Positions 19,052-28,295 of a stretch of DNA of 64,000 nucleotides are shown here, piece by piece. The stretch is from the IMG/VR virus record IMGVR_UViG_3300029286_000009, positions 1 to 64,000 of that record. One strand, written 5' to 3'. Below the pieces are notes generated by a model, which searched no databases, was not told the origin of the DNA, and saw only the letters and a program-made list of their open reading frames with translations. The number at the start of each line of letters is the position of its first letter. The stretch's first letter is position 1. The translations under genes were made by a program, and so were the position numbers.

Positions 19052-21045
19052 TTATTGTAACTGATGCTGGTTTAGAAGTGGACGGCATCTTACTTAGCAA
19101 TACTGCAGAAATACAGACATTTATTGATGTGCACACACCACAAGACTTGAATATAAATATAAGTCCGATTCCGCCTAGTGACCTAACTGCTCACATAGGG
19201 GCTCATTTACCTTTTGACTTTCCTATCGAGTTAATAGCATCATCGTATCATCCTATGTCAGACCTCTACACCTATATAAGCGTGCACGTGCCTGCTGACT
19301 TCACAACACTGGTAGGGGCACACTTACCACACAATCTGAATATTCCTATTGGTGCCCATAGTCCTCGTGATATAACGTTCGGGATGGTGGCAGTACCTTA
19401 CGTAGAGCTGGATATTATTATAGATTGGATTGTTCACCAATCCGATATTAACACCGTAGTTGGTTCTCACATACCCTATGATTTGGGGGCGTATTTTAAT
19501 GTATGGAACATATCCAATATACAGGTAAGGATAGGTACGTCTATACCAAAAGATTTGTGCTTTATTCTCAGAGCTTTCGGGCAGGGTAACAGCGATCTTA
19601 CTGTTAGAACCGCTGCAACACACACTAGTTGCCTGGATTTTAGTTATATCATGTACGTGTGGGGGGCTAAAGATTTTCAAATCACTATTGGAACAAGTAT
19701 AAAACACGATTTGTCATTGCTCATGCAAACTTGGCATATTAGAGATGTTAACGTTTGTATTGATACTGTGTTTCCTAAAACCTTAGAGATGAGTATTACC
19801 CCGATCCCAGAAGAAGGATATGACCTAAATGTGATACATCGCATACATCAAAAGGTGGCTCTTTTTGCCGAGTTTAATATTTGGGAAGGTATCTCTACTC
19901 TGAGTGCTACTTTATTGGGATTGTACCCTTACGACCTTAGTGTTGGGTTTACAATGGGTAGTTACTCACCACTGTATATTACACTGCCCATGACCACTGG
20001 GTATAAAGACTTGGTTGTTACTCTTAAATCTGCTACCCGCATTATGTCTACTATTATAACTGTATACACGATGGAGATTAAAGACTTATATGTTTCTATA
20101 AATCAAGGTTGGCCTTGTGGGTTTGGCTCGTCGTATATGCTGCTTGAGGTTGTATTAAACCCAAAATTCTTCTTGAATTTCACTGCTCTTATACGGGCTA
20201 TTGATGGTAGTGGCAGTGCAGTTATAGCAAATTATGTCAACAAACCTTATTTTGATACATTTATAGCGATACAAAAAATACAGATTAGTTTGCCGGAAGA
20301 CCAGAGCACACCAGAAGCAATTATTGTAGACAAGACTGACCTTACATACGAAAATCAATTCTATCAAACTGCACAAGATGTTGTCAGAGTAAGATTTCCC
20401 TGGCCACGTTTCCGTCGTATACCTTCTTATATAGAGTTTTCTGTCATTCTGACTCCATTTCATGGGAATACCTATGCTGATATTATGGTGTACATTCATG
20501 CTGTACGACCAGAGTCGCCTAGGATGCCTACATCACGACCTTTAATTTTGAGAGAGGGCATGGGAGCATCTGATCCAATATGGCCTGATATATTCCAGGT
20601 TAAAGAAATCGAATTGTGGTCAGACGATATGAAAGACTTGGTTAGAAAAATAGATATTACTTTTGGTGAACAAATACGAGAGTATTACTGGGTTTCAAGT
20701 GAGCAACGTGCCTATAGTAAAAATATGTGGGAAACTAAATGGACCATTTTAGGCAGAGGTTATTTACCTCATACAGAGTATAGTGGACAAATAGATTATG
20801 TTACTATGAGAGAAATAAGTGATATGAAAAAATACAACACAATAGACGAAGCTATACGGGCTCTCATTAGTAACTTTTTATATTCCGGTAAGTCTGACAT
20901 ACAAATTCTTATTGGCACCATGGGTTATTATTCTGAGCTATCTGTAATGGTAGATATTCGGGGGCGTGATCGCTTTACCAACCTTCGTGTGTATATTGAA
21001 CCAATGCGAGCATGCGACCTAACAATAACATTGCAATGCCAGTAA
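19045..21045 (+). CDS. Putative fibre-like structural protein with ~12-residue beta repeats
   Basis: N-terminal half is built of D-L-x-x-x-I-x-x-H-x-P-x repeats, e.g. DLTAHIGAHLPF, DFTTLVGAHLPH, NLNIPIGAHSPR, DINTVVGSHIPY. Confidence 0.55.
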   Translation: MVIIVTDAGLEVDGILLSNTAEIQTFIDVHTPQDLNINISPIPPSDLTAHIGAHLPFDFPIELIASSYHPMSDLYTYISVHVPADFTTLVGAHLPHNLNIPIGAHSPRDITFGMVAVPYVELDIIIDWIVHQSDINTVVGSHIPYDLGAYFNVWNISNIQVRIGTSIPKDLCFILRAFGQGNSDLTVRTAATHTSCLDFSYIMYVWGAKDFQITIGTSIKHDLSLLMQTWHIRDVNVCIDTVFPKTLEMSITPIPEEGYDLNVIHRIHQKVALFAEFNIWEGISTLSATLLGLYPYDLSVGFTMGSYSPLYITLPMTTGYKDLVVTLKSATRIMSTIITVYTMEIKDLYVSINQGWPCGFGSSYMLLEVVLNPKFFLNFTALIRAIDGSGSAVIANYVNKPYFDTFIAIQKIQISLPEDQSTPEAIIVDKTDLTYENQFYQTAQDVVRVRFPWPRFRRIPSYIEFSVILTPFHGNTYADIMVYIHAVRPESPRMPTSRPLILREGMGASDPIWPDIFQVKEIELWSDDMKDLVRKIDITFGEQIREYYWVSSEQRAYSKNMWETKWTILGRGYLPHTEYSGQIDYVTMREISDMKKYNTIDEAIRALISNFLYSGKSDIQILIGTMGYYSELSVMVDIRGRDRFTNLRVYIEPMRACDLTITLQCQ

Positions 21046-21046
21046 A

Positions 21047-21125
21047 ACTATTATTTTCGGGGGTACAATTTTCTCCGGTACACTATTATTCTCGCGGATT
21101 ACACTCCACTGAGTGTACACTATTA
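21047..21125 (+). repeat. Degenerate ~36-bp tandem repeats (iteron-like) with an internal hairpin
   Basis: Units start with ACTATTA at 21047, 21082 and 21119 (actattattttcgggggtacaattttctccggtac / actattattctcgcggattacactccactgagtgtac). Hairpin TACACTC-cact-GAGTGTA at 21100-21117. Confidence 0.55.
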
Positions 21126-21161
21126 ATATATCTCTTTTCCTTTTTCAACAAAACTAATATT

Positions 21162-21173
21162 ATTATAGTACCC
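21162..21173 (-). promoter_or_regulatory. Leftward copy of the GGGTAC-TATAAT motif with no downstream minus-strand gene
   Basis: attatagtaccc on + reads GGGTACTATAAT on -. Confidence 0.5.
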
Positions 21174-21276
21174 AAAAGTGCCTCAGAGTAGAAAAATTTT
21201 GTCTAGAACAGGCTCTAAACATAATAAGATATTATTTTTACTATAAATAAAAACTTTATGACTCTCGAGCATTTCG

Positions 21277-21288
21277 GGGTACTATAAT
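21277..21288 (+). promoter_or_regulatory. Putative phage promoter GGGTAC-TATAAT for the replication operon
   Basis: Consensus -10 box TATAAT preceded by GGGTAC, 37 nt before the dnaN ATG. The motif recurs in other intergenic gaps. Confidence 0.6.
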
Positions 21289-21325
21289 TATTATGTAAGG
21301 GAACAGAGAACTAAATGGAGGAATA

Positions 21326-22498
21326 ATGCGTGTAAAGGTTCCTACAAGTGACTTCCTACGAATGCTCACCAAATTGAAGCCGATGCGGGCTGTGTCGACC
21401 ACCGGATTTACTTTTGCAGTTTACACATTTGATGCCTATGAGGACAAATTTAGGGTTGTAGTTAGTGATAACGCTGGTGTAACAGCAACGACCGAGATAT
21501 TTGCAAAGGTAGTGACCCCTGGACGAGTTAGTGTGAATGGTACAGATTTTTTTCAGTTACTCGCGAAGATAACTCCAGCCACTTCGCAGGGTTCGGGGTC
21601 TGAGGTAATTGAATTGTACGTCGATGGTACCAAGCTTATATTGTTAACGGACAGTAAATATGGAGCTAATAAAAAGAATGTTCATCAAAGGCGCAATTTT
21701 TCGTTAGTAAAGACTGATCTTTATTTCAATCCTGACTTTCCTGTATCGCCCAATGGATTAGATGTAGTTCTGCCGGGCAGTTATCTATCAGATATATTTA
21801 GAATTTTATCTAGGTTAATTTCTAACTATACATCGGATATCGCAGGACTCTCTGGTATTTTGTTGCGGTGCGAGGACCAAAGAATTCATTTTGTTGTATC
21901 GGACGGTTTTAGGATTGTAGAAATAAATTATCCAGGGCGACTTCAAGTGAACAATTTTGACTTAATTATTCCTAAGATGAGCTGTAATATGTTGCAGTCC
22001 CTGATAGATGATGGAGACGAGGTTAGTCTTAGGGCAGATAACTATAAAGCGTTGTTCACAATAGAGAACAATGGATTAACTACAACATTAACTACCCCGT
22101 TAATTAAAGCCAATTTTCCGCCATATCATATGATATTTGATACACCTGGATTAAGCTATATCTTAGATACAAAAATCCTCTTAGACAACGTGTCGAATGT
22201 TAGACGGGCAATAGATGATGATACTTACAGATTAAGATTGTCATTTGAAAATACTGGTTTATCAGTGTCTAATTACCAGGCGGGTCACGCTGACTTTGTC
22301 AATCAAGGAATACCCTTGACTCAGTTTGAAGCACCGGCAACCCTTTTGATTAATGGTTTTCTTCTGGAAAACTCTCTCTCGTTGTTGGGTGCTGAAATGA
22401 TAAAGTTGGTAGTTCCACCCGAAGACAGACCAATCATAATTGATAATCTGGATAGTAAACTTCACGTGAGAATAGCTGTTGCACTATCCAACGAATAA
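21326..22498 (+). CDS. dnaN: DNA polymerase III beta subunit (sliding clamp)
   Basis: 390 aa. VVSDGFRI resembles VATDGHRL, LIKANFPPY resembles LIDGRFPDY, LSGILL resembles LNGVLL; GGAGG RBS. Confidence 0.8.
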   Translation: MRVKVPTSDFLRMLTKLKPMRAVSTTGFTFAVYTFDAYEDKFRVVVSDNAGVTATTEIFAKVVTPGRVSVNGTDFFQLLAKITPATSQGSGSEVIELYVDGTKLILLTDSKYGANKKNVHQRRNFSLVKTDLYFNPDFPVSPNGLDVVLPGSYLSDIFRILSRLISNYTSDIAGLSGILLRCEDQRIHFVVSDGFRIVEINYPGRLQVNNFDLIIPKMSCNMLQSLIDDGDEVSLRADNYKALFTIENNGLTTTLTTPLIKANFPPYHMIFDTPGLSYILDTKILLDNVSNVRRAIDDDTYRLRLSFENTGLSVSNYQAGHADFVNQGIPLTQFEAPATLLINGFLLENSLSLLGAEMIKLVVPPEDRPIIIDNLDSKLHVRIAVALSNE

Positions 22499-22501
22499 GG
22501 A

Positions 22502-23200
22502 ATGATTATGGGAGTTAGAAAACCTCGGAATAATAAAGGCATATTAACCGATAAGCAACAAATTAAAAGTTGTGTTGAATTTTTGAGCAGCCAAGGCTAT
22601 GCAGTTTTTAAACTGGGGGAGAATGAAACCACAGAAGAACGAGCGGGCATAGAGAAATTAAAGGCGGCTGGTTATAAGGTTGAGCATGTTCGTGATTTGA
22701 CTGTCAAAGTGGAACCCCAACGTATAAGTTCGGCAGATGATATTGCTTTGTATTTTTATGAACGTTTAAGAAGATATAATGAGAAGTGTTTAGACCCTGA
22801 CAAGCTCAAGGATGCGAAGTATCGGTTAGTAGATTGTAGTGTGATAAATTCTCTTGTTAAGTGGAGAATGGGGGAAGGGATATTAGCACTGACAGAAGCT
22901 ATTGAAGATGTGTTTATCATGATTGACGTATTATTCGAAAAAGCAAAAGAGTGGAACATCAATATTTATGGGGTAGGAATTCTGAGTGTAACGCATAATA
23001 AGCCTTTGGTGCTGACTCTCCTGAGAGAGGCTAACATCAAGCGGGATACTACACTCAGTTACGAAATAGAGTATGAGATATTTACGGATGATTCATATAA
23101 TTATATTAACTTGCTAGACGAAGCCAAAGCCAAAGTGAAGGCAGCAGAAGCGGGCAAAGCGAAACCGAGCCGCAGAAAAATAAATCTAAAGGAGAACTAA
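22502..23200 (+). CDS. Hypothetical protein in the replication module
   Basis: 232-aa ORF between dnaN and recA; no motif recognised. Confidence 0.6.
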   Translation: MIMGVRKPRNNKGILTDKQQIKSCVEFLSSQGYAVFKLGENETTEERAGIEKLKAAGYKVEHVRDLTVKVEPQRISSADDIALYFYERLRRYNEKCLDPDKLKDAKYRLVDCSVINSLVKWRMGEGILALTEAIEDVFIMIDVLFEKAKEWNINIYGVGILSVTHNKPLVLTLLREANIKRDTTLSYEIEYEIFTDDSYNYINLLDEAKAKVKAAEAGKAKPSRRKINLKEN

Positions 23201-23201
23201 T

Positions 23202-24416
23202 TTGGCAGCCAGAAAGGATAAAAAAAATGAAGAGGAAGCTAAGCTTACTAAAGGTACGAAAGGGACTGAATTTAAAAAAGAAAAAAAGGAGATAGATCCG
23301 CTAAAGGCATTTCAGATGACGTCGGCGGCGGTAGAGACCAAGTTCGCTGAGACTGCTTATCATGCGTGGCTACATGACGCTGAGAAGATGAAACAGTACC
23401 GTTTCAGTAGTGGGTCAATTAGTGTAGATACAGCCTTAGGGGGCGAGGGTTTACCGTACGGGAGAATAATCGAAGTTTGGGGACCTTCTCAAAGTGGCAA
23501 AACAAGTTGGGCGTTGGAGACCGCATGGCACTTACAACGGCGTAGACGAGAAGAAGGAAAGGGCTACGGTGTTGTATTTATGGATATCGAACATAAATTT
23601 GACCGCAGGCTACTCTACCAGTGGCGGGGTGGTTTTCTTCCAGAAGCAACCAAGTTTGAGGAACCATTTACAGGTGACGCCGCCTTTGGTATGTTACTAC
23701 ACTATGTAGAAAGTATGGGTACGTGTATGGTAATTGTGGATAGTGTGAGTGCTATACGTTCTTCTGAAATGCTAGACAAAGATGACCAGAAGACCAATTT
23801 CGGGGCACCTGCAAAACTTATTGGGGATTGGTTGCCAAAGATTTCTACTGCAGCAACGATGACTGGGGTTCCTATTATGTTTGTTAACCAGGTCAGAGCA
23901 AAATTAGACGCGGGCCCCAAAGCGATGGGGCGAGCCAAACTGCGTAAATATGGGGGCATGGCTTATGACCACTGGGTTTGTGTTAGCTTATACTTGGGTA
24001 AATCCACTGTGATAAATGACGGTCTGCGGGACTTGGGGCATATGGCGAAGATGGTAATATACAAAAATCATAGTGGACCCACTATGTTCAAGGAATTTAA
24101 GTTGAAATTAGACTATGGGAGACAGTTTGATACAACATATGAGTTAGTAGACCGTGCTACTCAGTTAAGTATAATTTCTGGTGGGGCAGGCGGGCACTAC
24201 AAAATAGGGGATGTTGCTATTCACGGTAAGGACAATTTGTATGCTGAGGTTCGTGGTAACCTTGGGCTTCAGTCTTACTTATGGGATGAAATAATGAAGA
24301 TGCAAGTGCACCAACCACTCCCAGAAACAGACCTTTCTACTACATCGTGGGCAATTGAAGATGAAGGAGTAGAAATTACTTTGGACGACCACGAAGAAGG
24401 TTTATTGGAAGAATAA
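23202..24416 (+). CDS. recA: RecA/UvsX-family recombinase
   Basis: SSGSISVDTALGGEGLPYGRIIEVWGPSQSGKT (Walker A), FMDIEH, VIVDSVSA (Walker B), FVNQVR; TTG start. Confidence 0.93.
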   Translation: MAARKDKKNEEEAKLTKGTKGTEFKKEKKEIDPLKAFQMTSAAVETKFAETAYHAWLHDAEKMKQYRFSSGSISVDTALGGEGLPYGRIIEVWGPSQSGKTSWALETAWHLQRRRREEGKGYGVVFMDIEHKFDRRLLYQWRGGFLPEATKFEEPFTGDAAFGMLLHYVESMGTCMVIVDSVSAIRSSEMLDKDDQKTNFGAPAKLIGDWLPKISTAATMTGVPIMFVNQVRAKLDAGPKAMGRAKLRKYGGMAYDHWVCVSLYLGKSTVINDGLRDLGHMAKMVIYKNHSGPTMFKEFKLKLDYGRQFDTTYELVDRATQLSIISGGAGGHYKIGDVAIHGKDNLYAEVRGNLGLQSYLWDEIMKMQVHQPLPETDLSTTSWAIEDEGVEITLDDHEEGLLEE

Positions 24417-24430
24417 TTAAGGAGAATTTA

Positions 24431-25000
24431 GTGGAAAAGGAATTAGTTGAATACAAAGAATTTGACTTTATGGGAGATAACTTAATCGCGGTTGAATACC
24501 AAGGACAATGGTATGTTTCTCCGCGACGTATATGCGATAATATAGGGATATCTTGGAGTTCTCAACTACAGAAACTACAGGCACATCCAGACAAATTCGG
24601 TTGTGCAAGGGTTAAGATGCCCGGAAAAGATGGTAAAAAGCATAGTATGTTAGGTATCCCAGAAAAGAACATTGAACAATTTGTGAAAACAGTCAACCCG
24701 AACAGGGTAGGTAATAAAAAAAATGTAGTATATTTCATTCAGATAAAAAATGGCCCAATAAAGATTGGATTGACAGGTAATGTAAAAAATAGACTTAAAT
24801 CATTATCGTGTTCTTTGCCTTATGATTTAGAATTGTTACACGTAATGCCTGGGGATGAGAAATTAGAAAAGAAACTCCATAAGAAATTTTGTAAATATCA
24901 TATACGAGGAGAATGGTTCGAATGCCACGATGGTATATTGAATTACCTAAAAAAATTACAGTCCAAGAACTCTCAAGTGGCAAAGAACATAGAGCTATGA
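24431..25000 (+). CDS. P22 antirepressor-N-like domain fused to a T5orf172/GIY-YIG-like domain
   Basis: N-terminal YVSPRRICDNIGISWSSQLQKL; C-terminal VYFIQ...IKIG.T...RL..L...E..LH..F...IRGEWF. Confidence 0.75.
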   Translation: MEKELVEYKEFDFMGDNLIAVEYQGQWYVSPRRICDNIGISWSSQLQKLQAHPDKFGCARVKMPGKDGKKHSMLGIPEKNIEQFVKTVNPNRVGNKKNVVYFIQIKNGPIKIGLTGNVKNRLKSLSCSLPYDLELLHVMPGDEKLEKKLHKKFCKYHIRGEWFECHDGILNYLKKLQSKNSQVAKNIEL

Positions 25001-25341
25001 GCGATTTTGAAGAAAGAACATATTTGTTATTGCGTGAGGCATTTCCTAAGGCTACTATAAAAACACAACACGCTATTAAATTTAAGGATGAGCTTCTAAT
25101 CTTTGACTTTTACCTACCTATGCTAAATATAGTGGTTGAGTGCCAAGGAAAACAACACTACCAATTTGTTAAGCACTTTCACGGGACGCAAAATGGGTTT
25201 AAGCATTATCAGTATCACGATAATTTAAAGATAGAATGGGCAAAGAAGAATAAAGTGAATTTGATTACTATCAGTTATAAGGAAGAACCAAAAGAAGCTT
25301 GGGAAATATTTGAATTACTTTACGAGTCAATGGAGATATAA
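24997..25341 (+). CDS. PD-(D/E)XK / Vsr-like (DUF559-type) endonuclease
   Basis: FDFYLP.LNIVVECQGKQHY...F......D..K..WA. The ATGA overlap at 24997 is the likely start (track start 24913). Confidence 0.75.
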   Translation: MSDFEERTYLLLREAFPKATIKTQHAIKFKDELLIFDFYLPMLNIVVECQGKQHYQFVKHFHGTQNGFKHYQYHDNLKIEWAKKNKVNLITISYKEEPKEAWEIFELLYESMEI

Positions 25342-25800
25342 TTGTCTAAAGAAAAAACAAAATGGTTTGTGGAGGAGTTATTAAAAGGTTATCCAGACCC
25401 GGAAGATTTAGTTGCCCGTGGATTTAGTGATGAATTTATACTGGGCATTTCCTTTATACAAGATGAATTATTGAGTATGACAATGCTGGCTTTGTCTCGC
25501 TTTCTCTGCCATATTCAGTTCTTTGGGAACCAGACGAAAGCGGGAGTAATAAATTTACGTCGAAAATTGGAAGGCACAAAATACCAAACAATTTCTTCAC
25601 TTAAAGATATAACCGATCGAAGTACTAGTGCACAAATGACTGCTAAGGCTTACGCGTCTAATCCTGATTTATACACGATGGAAAAAGAATTAGCATTGCT
25701 TGAAGAGCGTGCAGAATATTATAATTACATGCCAGAAAGAATCCAAGAGTATATACAGGTGCTTAAATACGAGATGAGGCGTAGAGAAGCGAGAAAATAA
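25342..25800 (+). CDS. Hypothetical helical protein (possible UvsY-like recombination mediator)
   Basis: 152-aa alpha-helical ORF between recA and dnaB; the UvsY idea rests on size and position only. Confidence 0.45.
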   Translation: MSKEKTKWFVEELLKGYPDPEDLVARGFSDEFILGISFIQDELLSMTMLALSRFLCHIQFFGNQTKAGVINLRRKLEGTKYQTISSLKDITDRSTSAQMTAKAYASNPDLYTMEKELALLEERAEYYNYMPERIQEYIQVLKYEMRRREARK

Positions 25801-27266
25801 TGACAGAAATAGAAAAGACTTTTGAGCATTTACATACTGAGCGGGCGATATTGGCGTGCATATTTAAGAAACCAGATCTTTTAATTGATCTGGATGGCGT
25901 AGTAGCAGTTGATGCGTTTAAGTCACCTGTAAACCGATCGGTTATGCAAGCAACTTTGGACTTATACGAACTCGGTTATTCAAAGTTAGATGCAGAGATG
26001 GTTTACAACAAGTTGTTGCTGAGCCCAGTCGCGGGGCTAGACACAGAGCAGCTTAGAATGTATCTGAACTCTCTTTACAGCGCAGAAGTATATATTGATA
26101 ACTTTAAAACCTTAGTATCGGACCTAGCTGATGTGGATGTAAAAGAACGTGTAAGGCAACTCCTGCATAGTAGTTTAGATGATCTTTATAGGACTAAGGA
26201 GCGGATATCGGCGGGGGAATTTATTGTAGATTTACAGAATAATTTGTTTACTCTTGAGGGAAAATTTAACGCAAAGAATGATGAGCCGCGTGATGTGTGT
26301 TCGGGCATCAGAGACCGGATGGTTGACCGTGTAAATCATCCCAATGACTACAGTGGCATCCCTAGTGGTATGCAGATACTTGATGACATCACAATGGGGT
26401 GGCTTAAAACCAAGTTCTATTTTGTGGCGGCACGTCCCAAAACTGGTAAGTCCTCGTTACTATCCCAGTGGGCATATCATGCTGCTTTTTTTGCCCCTCT
26501 CAGGCATTATCGGGTACTATATTTAGATACAGAGATAAAGCCCGACGAGTTTGAGTGCAGGATGGTGGGACACATTAGTGCAGTAGACCATATGCGTTTA
26601 ATGCAGGGGGATTGGTATCAAAACCAGCAAGCTTCCGAGAATATCATAACTACACTTAATTTTCTAGAGAAAAATCAGGGTATTTTATACCATAAATATA
26701 TACCCAATTTTAAGATTGCCAGTATAGTTAGTCTAATAAAAAAATATGTTTATAACCATGGTATAGATATAGTTTTTTTTGATTATATAAAGGAACCAGA
26801 TGAAGCAGGTGATAGAGCACGTTGGCAGAAAATTGGAGACCTAGCACGGGCATTAAAAAATATGGGTGGCGAACTTGATATACCTGTTTTGAGTGCTCTT
26901 CAGCAAAACCGAAAAGGAGAAGGACAAAGTAGAACTGGTGGAGAAGCATATGGGGAATCTGATGATGTATTAAAAGAATGTGACGCCGCATTTATGCTTA
27001 ACTGGAAGAGCCACAAGGAAATGCGAGATGAGACACTACGGGCTGGTACGCATCGATTTCAAATTGAGCGGGCCCGTTATGTAAAGAGCTTTTATAACGG
27101 AATAAACTTCCGGTTCTACGGGTATTGTTTGCGGTTTGTTCCGTCACCAATCCAGAATTTAGTTGACGCAATGACTATGCCAGCAGATCATAGAGAGGAA
27201 AATGTCTATTCAGCTATACCACAACTCACGGAGGAAAAAGTCGAAACCCTTGTCCTCCCAAATTGA
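25800..27266 (+). CDS. dnaB: DnaB-like replicative helicase
   Basis: ERAILAC N-terminal domain, GIPSGMQILD, VAARPKTGKS (Walker A), VLYLDTE, IVFFDYI, ELDIPVLSALQQNR. Confidence 0.92.
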   Translation: MTEIEKTFEHLHTERAILACIFKKPDLLIDLDGVVAVDAFKSPVNRSVMQATLDLYELGYSKLDAEMVYNKLLLSPVAGLDTEQLRMYLNSLYSAEVYIDNFKTLVSDLADVDVKERVRQLLHSSLDDLYRTKERISAGEFIVDLQNNLFTLEGKFNAKNDEPRDVCSGIRDRMVDRVNHPNDYSGIPSGMQILDDITMGWLKTKFYFVAARPKTGKSSLLSQWAYHAAFFAPLRHYRVLYLDTEIKPDEFECRMVGHISAVDHMRLMQGDWYQNQQASENIITTLNFLEKNQGILYHKYIPNFKIASIVSLIKKYVYNHGIDIVFFDYIKEPDEAGDRARWQKIGDLARALKNMGGELDIPVLSALQQNRKGEGQSRTGGEAYGESDDVLKECDAAFMLNWKSHKEMRDETLRAGTHRFQIERARYVKSFYNGINFRFYGYCLRFVPSPIQNLVDAMTMPADHREENVYSAIPQLTEEKVETLVLPN

Positions 27267-28275
27267 CCGTTCAAAGGTAGAGTATGTTAAGGAGATCGCA
27301 GACCCCGAGCTAGTGGCTTCTAGCTTGGGTGTTCATTTTTATGGGCACAGAGGAAGGTATTTGCGTGCAGCATGCCCGGTACATAACGGGGATAATAAAA
27401 CAGCTTTTAGTCTAGATATACAGACTGGGGCGTGGGCTTGTTTCACAGAAGGTTGTCATCATGGCTATAGTGATATAATTGGGCTAGTAGAATTGGTACG
27501 TCGGTGCAATTTTATTGAAGCAATTAAGTATATCGCCGCGTTGTCAGGTATTAATCTGGATAATTCTACATCAGACGATGTGGCGGGGGCTTTGTATCGT
27601 AAGGATGTGCGTGATTTTGTTAATAGAACAAATAAAGTTCATTCTGGGACCGATTTGGGTACTATAATTAATATAGAGGAACAAATTCATGGATGGGTTA
27701 CTTGCCGGTCCGACTATTTTACAAGGAGGGGTTACACACCAAGCATACTAGACTATTTTGAGATTGGATCATCCTATGATGCAAGAAGAACACCGCGTGA
27801 GATCATACCCATACGTGATATGAATGGTCGGGTGGTAGCTTTAGATGGTAGGCGTACGGACTCCGATGAAAATCCCCGCTATTTAATAAATCCACCGGGA
27901 TTTGCAAAGGGGGGAGTTCTATATCATTACCATAAGGCTAAAGATTACATAGCCGTTTTCCAAGGGAAGATTTTTGTGGTGGAAGGGTACAAGGCTTGTT
28001 GGTCAATGGTGCAAGCAGGTTACTTGAACACAGTAGCATGTATGGGAGCTGGATTTCATGGGCAGCAAGCAGGAGTTCTGTTACAGAACATGTCCTTACA
28101 GAAAGTGATAGTAGTTTTGGACGGAGATATTGCAGGTAGAAATGGAGCTAGAAGAACTAAAAGTGAACTTAATCATCTTTGTGAAATATCAATGGTAGAT
28201 ATGCCAGAGGGGGAAGACCCCAGTACACTACCACCAAATGTTTTACATTCACTACTATATCCGCATATTAACTAA
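27202..28275 (+). CDS. dnaG: DnaG-type DNA primase (CHC2 zinc finger plus Toprim)
   Basis: CPVH...CF..GC zinc finger, IIPIRD..GRVV...GR, VVEGY, LDGDIAG, EDP. The exact start is uncertain because of the overlap with dnaB. Confidence 0.9.
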   Translation: MSIQLYHNSRRKKSKPLSSQIDRSKVEYVKEIADPELVASSLGVHFYGHRGRYLRAACPVHNGDNKTAFSLDIQTGAWACFTEGCHHGYSDIIGLVELVRRCNFIEAIKYIAALSGINLDNSTSDDVAGALYRKDVRDFVNRTNKVHSGTDLGTIINIEEQIHGWVTCRSDYFTRRGYTPSILDYFEIGSSYDARRTPREIIPIRDMNGRVVALDGRRTDSDENPRYLINPPGFAKGGVLYHYHKAKDYIAVFQGKIFVVEGYKACWSMVQAGYLNTVACMGAGFHGQQAGVLLQNMSLQKVIVVLDGDIAGRNGARRTKSELNHLCEISMVDMPEGEDPSTLPPNVLHSLLYPHIN

Positions 28276-28295
28276 TAGGAGAAAATGCTAAAAAC

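Larger units (their letters stand above)
21159..21291. repeat. 31-bp imperfect inverted repeat flanking an AT-rich spacer (back-to-back promoter pair)
   Basis: The reverse complement of 21159-21189 matches 21261-21291 at 24/31 positions ungapped, with a perfect 12-nt core GGGTACTATAAT. Confidence 0.7.

Noticed and set aside
21047-21125. ~36-bp periodic repeats as a mini-CRISPR array
   Set aside because: The units are adjacent and degenerate with no unique spacers between conserved repeats.
26512-26523. GGGTACTATATT copy inside dnaB as an internal promoter
   Set aside because: It encodes the conserved RVLYL helicase strand, so it may be coincidental; not called as a feature.
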